A DNA stretch of 64,000 nucleotides from Candidatus Hydrogenedentota bacterium. GTDB taxonomy: Bacteria; Hydrogenedentota; Hydrogenedentia; Hydrogenedentales; SLHB01. The stretch is from the NCBI GenBank assembly GCA_963745075.1, contig CAVUWV010000020.1, positions 128,001 through 192,000 on the forward strand. Reading direction: 5' to 3'. The position numbers and the translations under genes were made by a program. Of this stretch, positions 1 to 9,446 are shown in pieces. The notes beneath the pieces were generated by a model that did no database searches, had not been told where the DNA came from, and saw only the letters and a program-made list of their open reading frames with translations. Each line of letters opens with the position of its first letter. Position 1 is the first letter of the stretch.

Positions 1-180
1 GAGGTCCACTGCTTGGGGGCACGCAAGGCAACTGACCTACAGAACGCGCTCCAATTGGCAGAAAATGAACTCGCGGCATCGAGGCGCCGTGACTGCTATC
101 TGATGCCTTCCGCGGCCTACACAGTGCCTTTCGACCGCGAACGCGTGTGAGAAAAAGAATTGCCGACCCAGGCCGACGGA

Positions 181-372
181 TTACTGCACCTTGCGTGCAG
201 ATCCAGGCGATTCGATTTGCCGCACGGACCGTACCACCCGCACCTTCCAAACCAGTCCGTCGTTCCGCATTGTTCCGACCCAGCCGCTTTCCAGCAACTC
301 GCGCAGGCGCGCTTCTCCGGCGAATTCATCCCGAAACCACAGCGTCATCTCCTGCAAACCGGCCGAACTCAT
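181..372 (-). CDS. Possible small hypothetical protein (63 aa, MSSAGLQEMTLWFRDEF...)
   Basis: ATG at 372 preceded by GAGG; lies downstream of the sigma54-like promoter at 648-664; no recognisable domain. Confidence 0.3.
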   Translation of the reverse strand: MSSAGLQEMTLWFRDEFAGEARLRELLESGWVGTMRNDGLVWKVRVVRSVRQIESPGSARKVQ

Positions 373-647
373 AAGGATACCTCGTTTCTCACACCTGCGA
401 GCAGCATCCCAGGAACTTTGAAGTCGACAACCAACCTCGAACATGAACGAATTGGCGTTCGCACCGTCCCCGACGACGCAAAACATTGCAACCCACAAAA
501 TCTCGCGACGGTTTCCCTGCACGCAGATTCAACTGCAAGAAATACAGGAGGCACGATCAGATCCTCGTGAAGAGAAACCTGACCGCGCCTCCCCTCATTC
601 AGACCCCCTTAAAAGAGTCCTGCCTGAGGATTGGGTAGCTTATAACA

Positions 648-664
648 AGCAACCAATATGCCAA
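648..664 (-). promoter_or_regulatory. sigma54 (-24/-12) promoter
   Basis: Minus strand reads TTGGCATATTGGTTGCT = GG-N10-GC consensus; IHF-like TATTAAagacTTG at 690-702; next to a sigma54 activator gene. Confidence 0.7.
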
Positions 665-774
665 AAATGCGTTCACGCGGCGACAATTCTATTAAAGACT
701 TGTGAAATATAGACTTATCTCATCTCAGTATCGACTGATCCGCTCTTAGGAGATAATCCAACGCGCCGTGGAAG

Positions 775-811
775 TGTAACAAAATATTACTCAATGTAAC
801 AAGGTGTTTCG
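775..811. promoter_or_regulatory. Putative upstream activator sites for the adjacent enhancer-binding protein
   Basis: Two TGTAACAA copies 20 bp apart (775, 795), each part of an imperfect dyad, about 110-150 bp upstream of the -24/-12 element. Confidence 0.45.
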
Positions 812-2644
812 CTACGGGCGGGTCGGAGCTTCAATAGCGTATTCTGCCATTTTGCGGTAGACCGTCGGACGACTTACACCGAGCATCTTGGCGGCCAGCG
901 TAATATTGCCGCGAGATTTTTCCAGAACTTCCGTAATTCGCCGACGCTCCAAATCGGCCAACGACGGTTCGCCGGTGGGGTCGGGTTCACCTTTCCGGCC
1001 CACGGGCAGACGAAGGTCCTTTACCCGCACGCATGCTTCACTTGCCAAGAAACACGCCCGTTCCACACAATTGCGTAATTCGCGGACGTTCCCCGGCCAA
1101 TGCCAGTCCATCAGGGCCTTGGTGGCATCGGCATGGATGGAACGCACGGACGGCGTACGCCCAGCCTGGACGACGCTCAGGAAGTGTTCGGCCAGGATGG
1201 GAATATCTTCCGGCCGCTCCCGAAGCGGAGGCAACTCGACAACGAACCCGTTGATCCGATGATAGAGGTCTTCGCGAAATTGTCCGGCCTGCACGGACGA
1301 CGCGATGTTCTTGTTCGTCGCGGCGACGACCCGTACGTCGACTTTGATTTCGCGATTCCCTCCGACCCGGTAAAACGTGCCATTCTCTATTGCACGGAGG
1401 AGCCGCGCCTGATTTTCGAGACTCAGATCCCCGATTTCGTCCAGAAAAAGGGTGCCGCCGTCCGCCTCTTCCATTCGGCCGATTTTTCGGGACAGTGCGC
1501 CGGTGAACGCGCCCTTTTCGTATCCGAAGAACTCGCTTTCCATCAGATCGGGGGGGATGGCCGCACAGTTCACGACAACGAACGCTCGGCCGTTGCGATC
1601 GGATTGCTCGTGCAAAAGGCGGGCCGCCAACTCTTTGCCGGTTCCCGTTTCGCCCAGGATGAGTGCGGGCATTCCGGAACGTGCGGCTTCGCGCAGTTGG
1701 GCTTGGGCTTTCCGAATCTCGGGACTCTCACCCACAAGCGTCGTCGTGCCAATCGTGCCCGAACGCAACCGTTCATTTTCGTTCCGAAAGAACTCCACCT
1801 GCTCGATCATATGAAACAAGGGGGCCAATTGATGGGCCACCGCCCCAAGGTACGCCATGGCTTTATCATCACTGCGAAGCACACTTTCCAACGCACAAAG
1901 CGCGAGGACGCCAACTTTCTCCTTCCCCACGGTCATGGGTATGGCAAGGGCGGTGTACGCCGATAGCGCGCCGGTCAGCCGGACGGTCAGCAGATGCTGA
2001 TCGTGGAAGGCCTGCTCAAGCAACTCGTGAGGTGGATTAAGTTCCAGTGGTGCGTCATCGCCGAGCTGATTGTAGATGGAAAAGCCCCCGCCTCCGACGG
2101 ACCGGCAAAAACACAGGCAGCGGCATGGCAGTCTTGGCTCCAGTTCCTTTCGCACGGCGTCCAGGAGTTGCGCGATCGAAGCGGCGTTTCCGACATTGCG
2201 AAAAGTGTGGAACAGATCCACGTAGTCTTCAATGGTGTCCAACCCTTCAATCGGCGGGTTTGCAGCGATAAATCGTGGGGTATGAGGGACCCTATCGTCG
2301 GGTGAGTCGATGGTGTCAGGTTCCGGCACGTCCGGCGGCTCGACTTCCCGGCCCATGTCCGCCATGCTGACGACAAATATCGTGCTGCCAACCGCGACCT
2401 CGTCACCGGCATGAAGGGCCGACTCATCGATGGGGCGGCCATTCAGCAAAGTACGATTACTGCTGCCAAGATCTTTGACGAAGGGTTTCCCTTCCTCCAG
2501 ATAGATTACACAGTGTTGCCGTGATATCAGAGGATCGGGAATGGTGACGTCGCACCCCTGGCCGCGACCGAACATCAGTGGATGCTCGCCGATTCGCCAT
2601 GATACCCCGCGAATAGTGCCCAATCGCGCAGTAACCCAATACAC
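812..2644 (-). CDS. FHA-domain sigma54-dependent Fis-family transcriptional activator (FHA-GAF-like-AAA+-HTH)
   Basis: FHA motifs GR..SRQH..DLGSSN; Walker A GETGTGKE; GAFTGA loop; FLDEIG; WPGNVRELRN; C-terminal Fis HTH. Confidence 0.93.
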   Translation of the reverse strand: MYWVTARLGTIRGVSWRIGEHPLMFGRGQGCDVTIPDPLISRQHCVIYLEEGKPFVKDLGSSNRTLLNGRPIDESALHAGDEVAVGSTIFVVSMADMGREVEPPDVPEPDTIDSPDDRVPHTPRFIAANPPIEGLDTIEDYVDLFHTFRNVGNAASIAQLLDAVRKELEPRLPCRCLCFCRSVGGGGFSIYNQLGDDAPLELNPPHELLEQAFHDQHLLTVRLTGALSAYTALAIPMTVGKEKVGVLALCALESVLRSDDKAMAYLGAVAHQLAPLFHMIEQVEFFRNENERLRSGTIGTTTLVGESPEIRKAQAQLREAARSGMPALILGETGTGKELAARLLHEQSDRNGRAFVVVNCAAIPPDLMESEFFGYEKGAFTGALSRKIGRMEEADGGTLFLDEIGDLSLENQARLLRAIENGTFYRVGGNREIKVDVRVVAATNKNIASSVQAGQFREDLYHRINGFVVELPPLRERPEDIPILAEHFLSVVQAGRTPSVRSIHADATKALMDWHWPGNVRELRNCVERACFLASEACVRVKDLRLPVGRKGEPDPTGEPSLADLERRRITEVLEKSRGNITLAAKMLGVSRPTVYRKMAEYAIEAPTRP

Positions 2645-2802
2645 ACCGACCTCCTCACAGCTTGCCCCAGCCTGCGCGCCAATCGCTCATCGTAACCCTT
2701 ATGATACATGTACTTACCGATAGTGTCCAGATGCGGCCATGGTTTGACTTCGGAAGCAGGAATTTGCTACGCTACGCGCTAATCCTTTTCGGAGGTTTCC
2801 CG

Positions 2803-3393
2803 GTGGTGAATGGTATGCAGATTCCGCTGTCGGCTGTTGCCGAAGACGGGATATCCGTCGACGTGGAGACTTCCGAGGCCGAGTTGCGGCCTGCGGGTGC
2901 CTCTGAACTGCTGACGGGTCCTCTCCACCTTACGGGCACCGTGAGCGGAGACGGTGACGAGTTTATCTTTCACGGACGTTTGGCGGGGACCTATCTTGGT
3001 CGATGCGACCGGTGTCTGGGCCCTGCGGAACTGCCGTTCTCGACGGATGTCTTGTGGGTATTTGCGGAAGGCACGCCCCCGCATCCTCTTGAGGATGATG
3101 TGGATGACGAGGGTGACGGCGACGGAGCGGAAGACGGAGTGATTCATACCTTCTTTGAAGGAAATGTGCTCGACCTGTCGACCGCTGCGTGGGAAGAACT
3201 TGTCCTGGGGACACCCCTCAAGCTCTTGTGTAGCGAGGATTGCGCCGGCCTTTGCCCGGTGTGTGGAACGAATTTGAATGACGCCCAATGCAACTGCGCA
3301 GCGGGCGTGAGTGATACAACATTAGCAAACAAGGGGCTGAAGGGTCTTAAGGACATCTTCCCCGACCTCAACCCCGATCGATTGGAGGATTGA
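2803..3393 (+). CDS. yceD: DUF177/YceD large ribosomal subunit accumulation protein
   Basis: CDRCL and LCSEDCAGLCPVCG motifs; directly upstream of rpmF; start placed at GTG 2803 after GGAGG. Confidence 0.88.
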   Translation: MVNGMQIPLSAVAEDGISVDVETSEAELRPAGASELLTGPLHLTGTVSGDGDEFIFHGRLAGTYLGRCDRCLGPAELPFSTDVLWVFAEGTPPHPLEDDVDDEGDGDGAEDGVIHTFFEGNVLDLSTAAWEELVLGTPLKLLCSEDCAGLCPVCGTNLNDAQCNCAAGVSDTTLANKGLKGLKDIFPDLNPDRLED

Positions 3394-3395
3394 CC

Positions 3396-3578
3396 GTGCC
3401 GGTACCAAAGAGAAGAACCGGAAAGACCCGGAAAAACACTCGCCGCTCTCACCACGCGCTGAGCAAGCGCGTGTTCTCTGAATGCCCGAGTTGTGGAGAG
3501 CGCATCATGCCGCATCGCGTCTGTCCGAAATGCGGTCATTACAAAGATCGTCTCGTCGTCAACACGGAAGGCAGTTAA
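3396..3578 (+). CDS. rpmF: 50S ribosomal protein L32 (zinc-ribbon type)
   Basis: VPKRRTGKTRKNTRRSH...CPSCG...PHRVCPKCGHY; GTG start after GGAGG. Confidence 0.96.
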   Translation: MPVPKRRTGKTRKNTRRSHHALSKRVFSECPSCGERIMPHRVCPKCGHYKDRLVVNTEGS

Positions 3579-3604
3579 ACCCCAAGGGTTGGCGGGAGCC
3601 TGCC

Positions 3605-4660
3605 ATGCGAATCGCTATCGATGCCATGGGTGCGGATACCGCGCCGGATCCCGAGATCGAGGGCGCCCTTACGGCGGATATTTCCAACGACGTGGAGTTG
3701 ATCCTGGTCGGCGACGAGTCTCGCCTGAAGGCCGCGCTCGGCAACCGCGCCAAGAGGCGTACGATCTCGATCGTCCACGCCTCGGAAATCATCACCATGG
3801 ATGACGCCCCGATGCTGGCCGTCCGCAAAAAGAAGGATGCGTCCCTGCTGGTTGCCATGCGACTGGTCAAACAGGGCGTCGCGGATGCCTTCTTGAGTGC
3901 GGGCAATACGGGCGCCGTCATGCTGGCCGCGCGAACCATTCTCCATCCCATCCAGGGGGTGGCGCGCTCCGCGATCTGCCAGCTCCTGCCTACGATGAAG
4001 GGCACGTGCCTGGTTCTGGATCTGGGCGCCAACGTCGATTGCAACGCCAAGCAGCTCTGCGATTTCGCTGAAATGGGCGTCGTCTATTCACGCGAAGTGC
4101 TCGGGAAAGCGAACCCGCGCGTCGGACTTCTCAACATTGGCGAAGAGCAGGCCAAAGGCAACGATCTCGCCAAAACGGTACATCGCAACCTTTCCGCAGC
4201 TCCCCACGTGAATTTCATCGGCAACGTGGAACCCAAGGGCATGTATGCGGGAATCGCGGACGTGGTGGTATGCGACGGATTCGTGGGCAACGTAGTCCTG
4301 AAAACCAGCGAAGGCGCCGGGGCGCTGATACGCAACCTGTTAGCGAAGGAATTGCGCTCGAGTTGGGTCAGCATGCTGGGCGCGCTTCTAAGCCGCGGTG
4401 CCTACAAGCGGCTCAAACGTACGGTGGATCCGAATGAATACGGCGGTGCGCCGTTGTTGGGTGTTAATGGCGTGGTGATCATCATGCACGGCGCCACTTC
4501 GGGGCAAGGGGTCGCCCACGCCCTCGAACTCGCCTGCGCCGCGGTCAAACACGAAATCAACAAGCATATTGAAGAAGGCATCGCGCAATTGCGCGCAACG
4601 GTGGCCGATCTCGAATCGGATATCCATCCCGTTACGCAGGAAGTGAACGCGCACAAGTAG
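3605..4660 (+). CDS. plsX: Phosphate acyltransferase PlsX
   Basis: MRIAIDAMG, SAGNTGA, LDLGANVD, LLNIGEE, CDGFVGN, YGGAPLLG; follows rpmF. Confidence 0.95.
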   Translation: MRIAIDAMGADTAPDPEIEGALTADISNDVELILVGDESRLKAALGNRAKRRTISIVHASEIITMDDAPMLAVRKKKDASLLVAMRLVKQGVADAFLSAGNTGAVMLAARTILHPIQGVARSAICQLLPTMKGTCLVLDLGANVDCNAKQLCDFAEMGVVYSREVLGKANPRVGLLNIGEEQAKGNDLAKTVHRNLSAAPHVNFIGNVEPKGMYAGIADVVVCDGFVGNVVLKTSEGAGALIRNLLAKELRSSWVSMLGALLSRGAYKRLKRTVDPNEYGGAPLLGVNGVVIIMHGATSGQGVAHALELACAAVKHEINKHIEEGIAQLRATVADLESDIHPVTQEVNAHK

Positions 4661-4787
4661 GGTACTTGCCGTGTCGAGGGAAAGCCGCTGAACCGGTGTC
4701 CACCGGCGTACGCGGCGTTAGTCAGAGGTCACGCCAAATCCTCCCTGGAATTGGCCAACATCACCATAACCGGAAGGATCGATCCCA

Positions 4788-5534
4788 TTGAGTGAGTTCA
4801 CGGACAAGACCGTCCTCATAACCGGAGGAACGCGCGGCATCGGACGCGCCTGCGCGCTCACGTTCGCCCGCGAAGGCGCCGCCGTGGCCGTGTGCGGGCG
4901 CACCGCGGCCACGGCGGAAGAGACTGCAAGAGCAATTGCAGCCGAGACCGGCGGCCAAGTCGCGGGATATGAAACCGACATCGGCAACGCGGAGGCCGTG
5001 GACGAGTTGGTCAAGAAGGTTGCGGAGCGCTTCGGACCGGTGTACGTCCTGGTCAACAACGCGGGGATCACGCGCGACGGTCTACTCATGCGTATGAAGC
5101 CGGCGGACTGGTCCACCGTTCTCGACACGAATTTGACGGGGGCTTTCAATTGCTGCCGTGCGGTCGCACGCGGCATGGTCAAGCAACGTCAGGGCCGCAT
5201 CGTTAACATCTCCTCGATCATCGGCATTCGTGGGCAAGGCGGCCAGACCAACTACGCCGCAGCCAAGGCCGGCCTCATCGGATTCAGCAAGTCTCTCGCC
5301 CAGGAATTGGCGTCGAGAAATATCACCGTCAACGTCGTCGCGCCGGGCTATATCGAAACCGACATGACCGCGGTCTTGGGGGAAGATGTGAAGAAAATGT
5401 TGCTCGAGAAGATCCCCTTGCGCCGTCAAGGCACGGGCGACGACATCGCAGCCGCCGTTCGGTACTTAGCAAGCGATGGCGCTTCCTATGTGACCGGCGC
5501 CGTGCTCCAGGTGGACGGCGGGCTTGCCATGTAG
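4788..5534 (+). CDS. fabG: 3-oxoacyl-ACP reductase
   Basis: TGGTRGIG, NNAGITRDGL, YAAAKAG, VAPGYIETDMT, VDGG. Confidence 0.93.
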   Translation: MSEFTDKTVLITGGTRGIGRACALTFAREGAAVAVCGRTAATAEETARAIAAETGGQVAGYETDIGNAEAVDELVKKVAERFGPVYVLVNNAGITRDGLLMRMKPADWSTVLDTNLTGAFNCCRAVARGMVKQRQGRIVNISSIIGIRGQGGQTNYAAAKAGLIGFSKSLAQELASRNITVNVVAPGYIETDMTAVLGEDVKKMLLEKIPLRRQGTGDDIAAAVRYLASDGASYVTGAVLQVDGGLAM

Positions 5535-5683
5535 CGGGACGCGGGGGCACGTTCATCCCGCGAACCTTCCGCGACTTCGTCTAATTCGTGATTCCCAATA
5601 CGCAATCAGGAACAATCGTCCGGTCGAGTACGAAGCACGGTTGAGAGGACGCGGAAAGCGTAAAAACTCGGGCGAGGCACCGA

Positions 5684-7606
5684 TCACAGGTCTGCAGTTG
5701 ATATGCCGTAGACATGCACCGCGTGGTACGCGTCGTGCACAAAGAGGGCCTCTCGCAGGGCGCCTTCTCGGGTAAACCCGACGGCTTCGAGAAAACCTTG
5801 AAGATCGCCTTCGTAATCGGCAGCGGGGACGGTCACCCGCCGAATCGATTGTTGGCCACCAGCTTCTTTCAGGATGGCTTTGAACCCTTTGCGGACGTCG
5901 TCAGCGTTGTAGTCTGCGGGATCGTGCATGTAGAGCCAGGCTTGGGCGGCGCCGGGTTCGCGTTCCGGCCGGAGCTTGATGAGACCAAAGGACTCGCCGG
6001 TTCGTTTGACGAGGATCATCTCCTGTTCGATGCCGCTGGGATGCAGTGCATCCATTTCACGATCGTACTTCGTTGTGACCATCACGCCCTTCTCATTGAA
6101 GAGAAAATAAGCCGCTGTGTTCCAATTCTCCCACGTCATCAGCATTTCCGCGTCGGTTTCTTCGATCGGCCGCATGCCGATGGTCAACCGGAATGCCGCG
6201 CGTACCATGGTGAACAAAGATGGTTTGGCCGTACGGGTCAGCGTGTTGTAGACCCGCGTGAAATTCACCCCCTGGGAGGAGAGCAGGTTGAAAGCCGATA
6301 CCGCGGACGCCATCCAGGCGCGCTGGGCTTCACACCACGGCTCATGCGGCTTGCGATGCGAGCCACTCAGGGTCAGGTGAACGGCGGCATTGCCGCCACC
6401 GCATAAGTTGCGTGCCCAGCAGCGCCGGCACACGCCGGTTGTCGCGGAACCCACCTCGTCGAAACGCGCACGCACGTCTTCATTGATGGAGCCATCTTCC
6501 AGGTTCCCCAAGCGGAACTCTTCTCTGCCAAAAAAGCGGCGGCTGGGGTAGATCGCGCCGGACGCATCGATGGCCAATTCATTCGTGCCCGCAGGATCGG
6601 TCCGGCGCGACGGCGATCCGTCATAGATGCGATAAAAGAGCGGCGCGATCGGGTCCAACCGAAAGTACCGCTGCTGCAAAAGCCCGTTGGCGTAGTAGAC
6701 CGCAGTTTCGCGCAATGCACCCAGCATGGCCGCGGGATCCAGTTCGGGATTGGCCACGTAGGCGCCGTCCAAATCCAATTCAACCGTCGCAAACCCGGCG
6801 GCGTCGAGTTCTTTTACCACGTTGTCAAAGGCGGGATGATTCGGGCGCACAATGATACGGCCGGTCACGCCGGGAGCATCGGGATGAAGTATTTTGGCGA
6901 GCCGGGCCAGAGTTTCACCACGGGCACGAGCCAACGCTTTCAGATGGGTCAAAATGTCCGCGGCGTCGCTGAACTCCAACTGAGCATCGATGGTGTGTCC
7001 CTCGAACGCGGGGGACAACTTACTGACTTCGAGTCCCAGAACCCGCACCATTGCCGTGGTTTTCTTCGCGGCCATACGGCCGCATTTCATCGCATGTGCG
7101 CACAGGTCAGCTAGCAAGTCCGGATTGTAAACGGCGCCTTCTTCGAGGAACTCTATGGACACGTCCGCTTGGTCGCCCGCACGGCCAAAAAGCAGGGCAA
7201 TGGCGTCACGGCCGACGTCCCGCGCGGAATGTGAACGCACGGTTGCGCCCTGCCCGAACCAGCCCTTCTTCTTTTCGACTGTTTCTTCCGTTTCGCGGGA
7301 GAGCTGCACGGAGACGCGTCTGATCCCCCGCTCCTGCTGGATTTCCTTTTGCAGTTCCTCTTTCTTGCGCGGCGGTAGAATGGCCCGTGTAGCCCGAAGC
7401 CACTCGAGTTCGCCGACGACCTCCTCGAGTTCTTTCACGTCGTGCTTATCGCCGAGAAGGTGGTAGATTCGGTTCACGGAATCATAGGGGTAGTGCTCGA
7501 GCACGTCCCACGAGATTTCATCGCATTCGAAACAGAAGCACGTTTCCGGGTCGATGGCGAATCGGCGGTCGTTCTCGATAAATCGATGTAGCGCTTCCCG
7601 TGCCAT
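5684..7606 (-). CDS. RRE + degenerate radical SAM/SPASM (SCIFF maturase CteB-like) protein fused to a C-terminal RimL-type GNAT domain
   Basis: N-terminus HRFIENDRRFAIDPETCFCFECDEISWDVLEHY...ELEEVVGELEWL resembles the CteB-type RRE; SPASM-like LAIDASGAIYPS..RLGNL..CRRCWARNLCGGG..PWC; C-terminal MRPIEETD..AVGFTREGALREALF..HVYGI GNAT; ATG 7606 overlaps the upstream TGA. Confidence 0.8.
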   Translation of the reverse strand: MAREALHRFIENDRRFAIDPETCFCFECDEISWDVLEHYPYDSVNRIYHLLGDKHDVKELEEVVGELEWLRATRAILPPRKKEELQKEIQQERGIRRVSVQLSRETEETVEKKKGWFGQGATVRSHSARDVGRDAIALLFGRAGDQADVSIEFLEEGAVYNPDLLADLCAHAMKCGRMAAKKTTAMVRVLGLEVSKLSPAFEGHTIDAQLEFSDAADILTHLKALARARGETLARLAKILHPDAPGVTGRIIVRPNHPAFDNVVKELDAAGFATVELDLDGAYVANPELDPAAMLGALRETAVYYANGLLQQRYFRLDPIAPLFYRIYDGSPSRRTDPAGTNELAIDASGAIYPSRRFFGREEFRLGNLEDGSINEDVRARFDEVGSATTGVCRRCWARNLCGGGNAAVHLTLSGSHRKPHEPWCEAQRAWMASAVSAFNLLSSQGVNFTRVYNTLTRTAKPSLFTMVRAAFRLTIGMRPIEETDAEMLMTWENWNTAAYFLFNEKGVMVTTKYDREMDALHPSGIEQEMILVKRTGESFGLIKLRPEREPGAAQAWLYMHDPADYNADDVRKGFKAILKEAGGQQSIRRVTVPAADYEGDLQGFLEAVGFTREGALREALFVHDAYHAVHVYGISTADL

Positions 7607-8409
7607 CAATACGCTCCCAACGTGCCCTTGTCGCGGCTCCAGTTCTCCATATACTTGAAGCAAAAGATTCCGAGCGTAGTCCAGAGCACTACGTTTACAA
7701 GAAGAAAGAAGAATGACGGGTGGGCGAATACTCGTACCCCCAACCCTTCAATGAGAACCAGTTTCAGGCAAATGGACGCGTCGGTTATCGGGATGATATG
7801 CGCAACGCCCATAATGACGGCCGGAAAATCGTACCAGCCCGGGTTGGCGGCAAATGCGATTGCGATCATGCCCATCCGGATAAGCATCGTCGCCTGGCCG
7901 ATCTGCTTGAAGACCAGGGTCAGCCCCCCCACCATGAATCCGAACCCAATTAGATTCAGGTACGTCAACAGGAGAAGGATGAAAACGGGAATCGGATCCG
8001 CGTGGAGGTCGCTGTTCAAGGTCATCGAGACAAAGACGAGCATGATCGTCCACGTCACGATGCTCACGATCGAATTGACAAAAGAACGCGCCAGAAAATT
8101 CGTAATCAACCCGTGCGGGCTCATACAGACCTGTTCCAGCTCGCCCGTTCGCGCCATGCCCTGCAACCCTTGGCTGAACATGCCGACGACGCCAAAGGCG
8201 AAGATTCCGACGACGAACCCGAGGGCTTTCTCGGTTTGGTCCGTTGCCCACTGCGCGTCCACGGTACCGGAACGAAACCCGAAGATCAGGCCGATGAGCA
8301 TGCCGTACCCCACGGTCATCCCCATCAACGTGGCGAACCAGTACCGCCGCATGATGATGAATGCGCGGACCAACTCCGCCTTCATTACAAGAAAAAATCC
8401 CATACTCAC
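7606..8409 (-). CDS. ABC-2 type exporter permease
   Basis: About six hydrophobic segments; ARTGELEQVCMSP motif typical of ABC-2 permeases; coupled to the ATPase gene. Confidence 0.85.
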   Translation of the reverse strand: MSMGFFLVMKAELVRAFIIMRRYWFATLMGMTVGYGMLIGLIFGFRSGTVDAQWATDQTEKALGFVVGIFAFGVVGMFSQGLQGMARTGELEQVCMSPHGLITNFLARSFVNSIVSIVTWTIMLVFVSMTLNSDLHADPIPVFILLLLTYLNLIGFGFMVGGLTLVFKQIGQATMLIRMGMIAIAFAANPGWYDFPAVIMGVAHIIPITDASICLKLVLIEGLGVRVFAHPSFFFLLVNVVLWTTLGIFCFKYMENWSRDKGTLGAY

Positions 8410-9446
8410 TTCCTGTCGCCGCGGTGTTCGGACTGCGACGCGGTCAGTTGGAGAAAAACCCCTTCCAGATTCTGGTAACGCTGGGTAACGGTGCGCAGCA
8501 GAATGCCCTGGGACTGCAAATGCCCAAGGGTCGCATACAAGGCGGACGAACGCTCCGCTTCGTCGGGCGAGGTCTGGAGAACAATGCCCGGCCCTCCGTC
8601 GGAATTGACCGGTTCCACTCCCATCACGCCTTGAAATCCTCGAATCGGCTCAAGGTCCGGCATACGATCGAGGCGCAATTCAAATCGCTGGTCCGAGAAC
8701 ACGTCCAGGAGTTCCTCCGTCGGCTTGCAGGCGACCAGCGCACCATCTTTAATGATGCCGATCCGGTCGCACAATTCCTGGGCGGTGCCCATGTCGTGGG
8801 TCGTTACCAGCACACATTTTCCCTGTTCCCGGGTCATCTCGATTACTTTGTCCTTGATGGCGCGGCTGCTCTGCACATCGAGGCCGGTGGTCGGTTCATC
8901 CAACAGCAGGACCGGCGGATCGGTGATGAGCGCAATGCAGATGGCCAGTTTTTGCTTCTGGCCGCGGGAAAGACGCCGCACCTGGATATCCTTCTTGTCG
9001 GTCAATCCGATGAAATCGAGTAAGCGATGCGAGCGTTCCTTGAGGACCTTGCCTTTCACATCGCGTAAATTCCCGAAATAAGCCAGGTTCTCCAGCGGCG
9101 TCAAGGGCCAGATGCACGTCCGCGTTCCTTCCAGCACGACCCCGATGCGGCGCAGCACCTGCAAGCGCTTCTTCTCCACGGGCAGATCGTCGACCAACAC
9201 CTCCCCGCCGCAGGGCCTCACCAGGCCGGAAACCATCTTGACCGTGGTGGTCTTACCGGCGCCATTGCGGCCGAGCAGGCCAAAGATCTCACCGGGACAC
9301 ACGCCGAACGAGACACGATCTACCGCGTGGACGGTTTTCTTGTGATAGATGGGACGGCGGCCCGTATCGTCATCCTTCGTGAAGAAGTGCCGCGTATGGA
9401 ACGTCTTGTCGACGTCGCGAAGTTCTACTAAATACCGCGTGCTCAT
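8406..9446 (-). CDS. ABC exporter ATP-binding protein
   Basis: Walker A GRNGAGKTT, signature LSRGQKQK, Walker B LLLDEPTTGLD, H-loop VTTHDM. Confidence 0.93.
   Translation of the reverse strand: MSTRYLVELRDVDKTFHTRHFFTKDDDTGRRPIYHKKTVHAVDRVSFGVCPGEIFGLLGRNGAGKTTTVKMVSGLVRPCGGEVLVDDLPVEKKRLQVLRRIGVVLEGTRTCIWPLTPLENLAYFGNLRDVKGKVLKERSHRLLDFIGLTDKKDIQVRRLSRGQKQKLAICIALITDPPVLLLDEPTTGLDVQSSRAIKDKVIEMTREQGKCVLVTTHDMGTAQELCDRIGIIKDGALVACKPTEELLDVFSDQRFELRLDRMPDLEPIRGFQGVMGVEPVNSDGGPGIVLQTSPDEAERSSALYATLGHLQSQGILLRTVTQRYQNLEGVFLQLTASQSEHRGDRK

Noticed and set aside
4788..5683. fabG and plsX as dedicated members of the peptide cluster
   Set aside because: They are convergent, housekeeping-type genes in the rpmF operon, and the adjacency can be explained by an inversion
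5684..7606. Calling this an active ranthipeptide/sactipeptide radical SAM maturase
   Set aside because: No CxxxCxxC in any frame at the expected position, GGEP is lost, and neither precursor contains Cys
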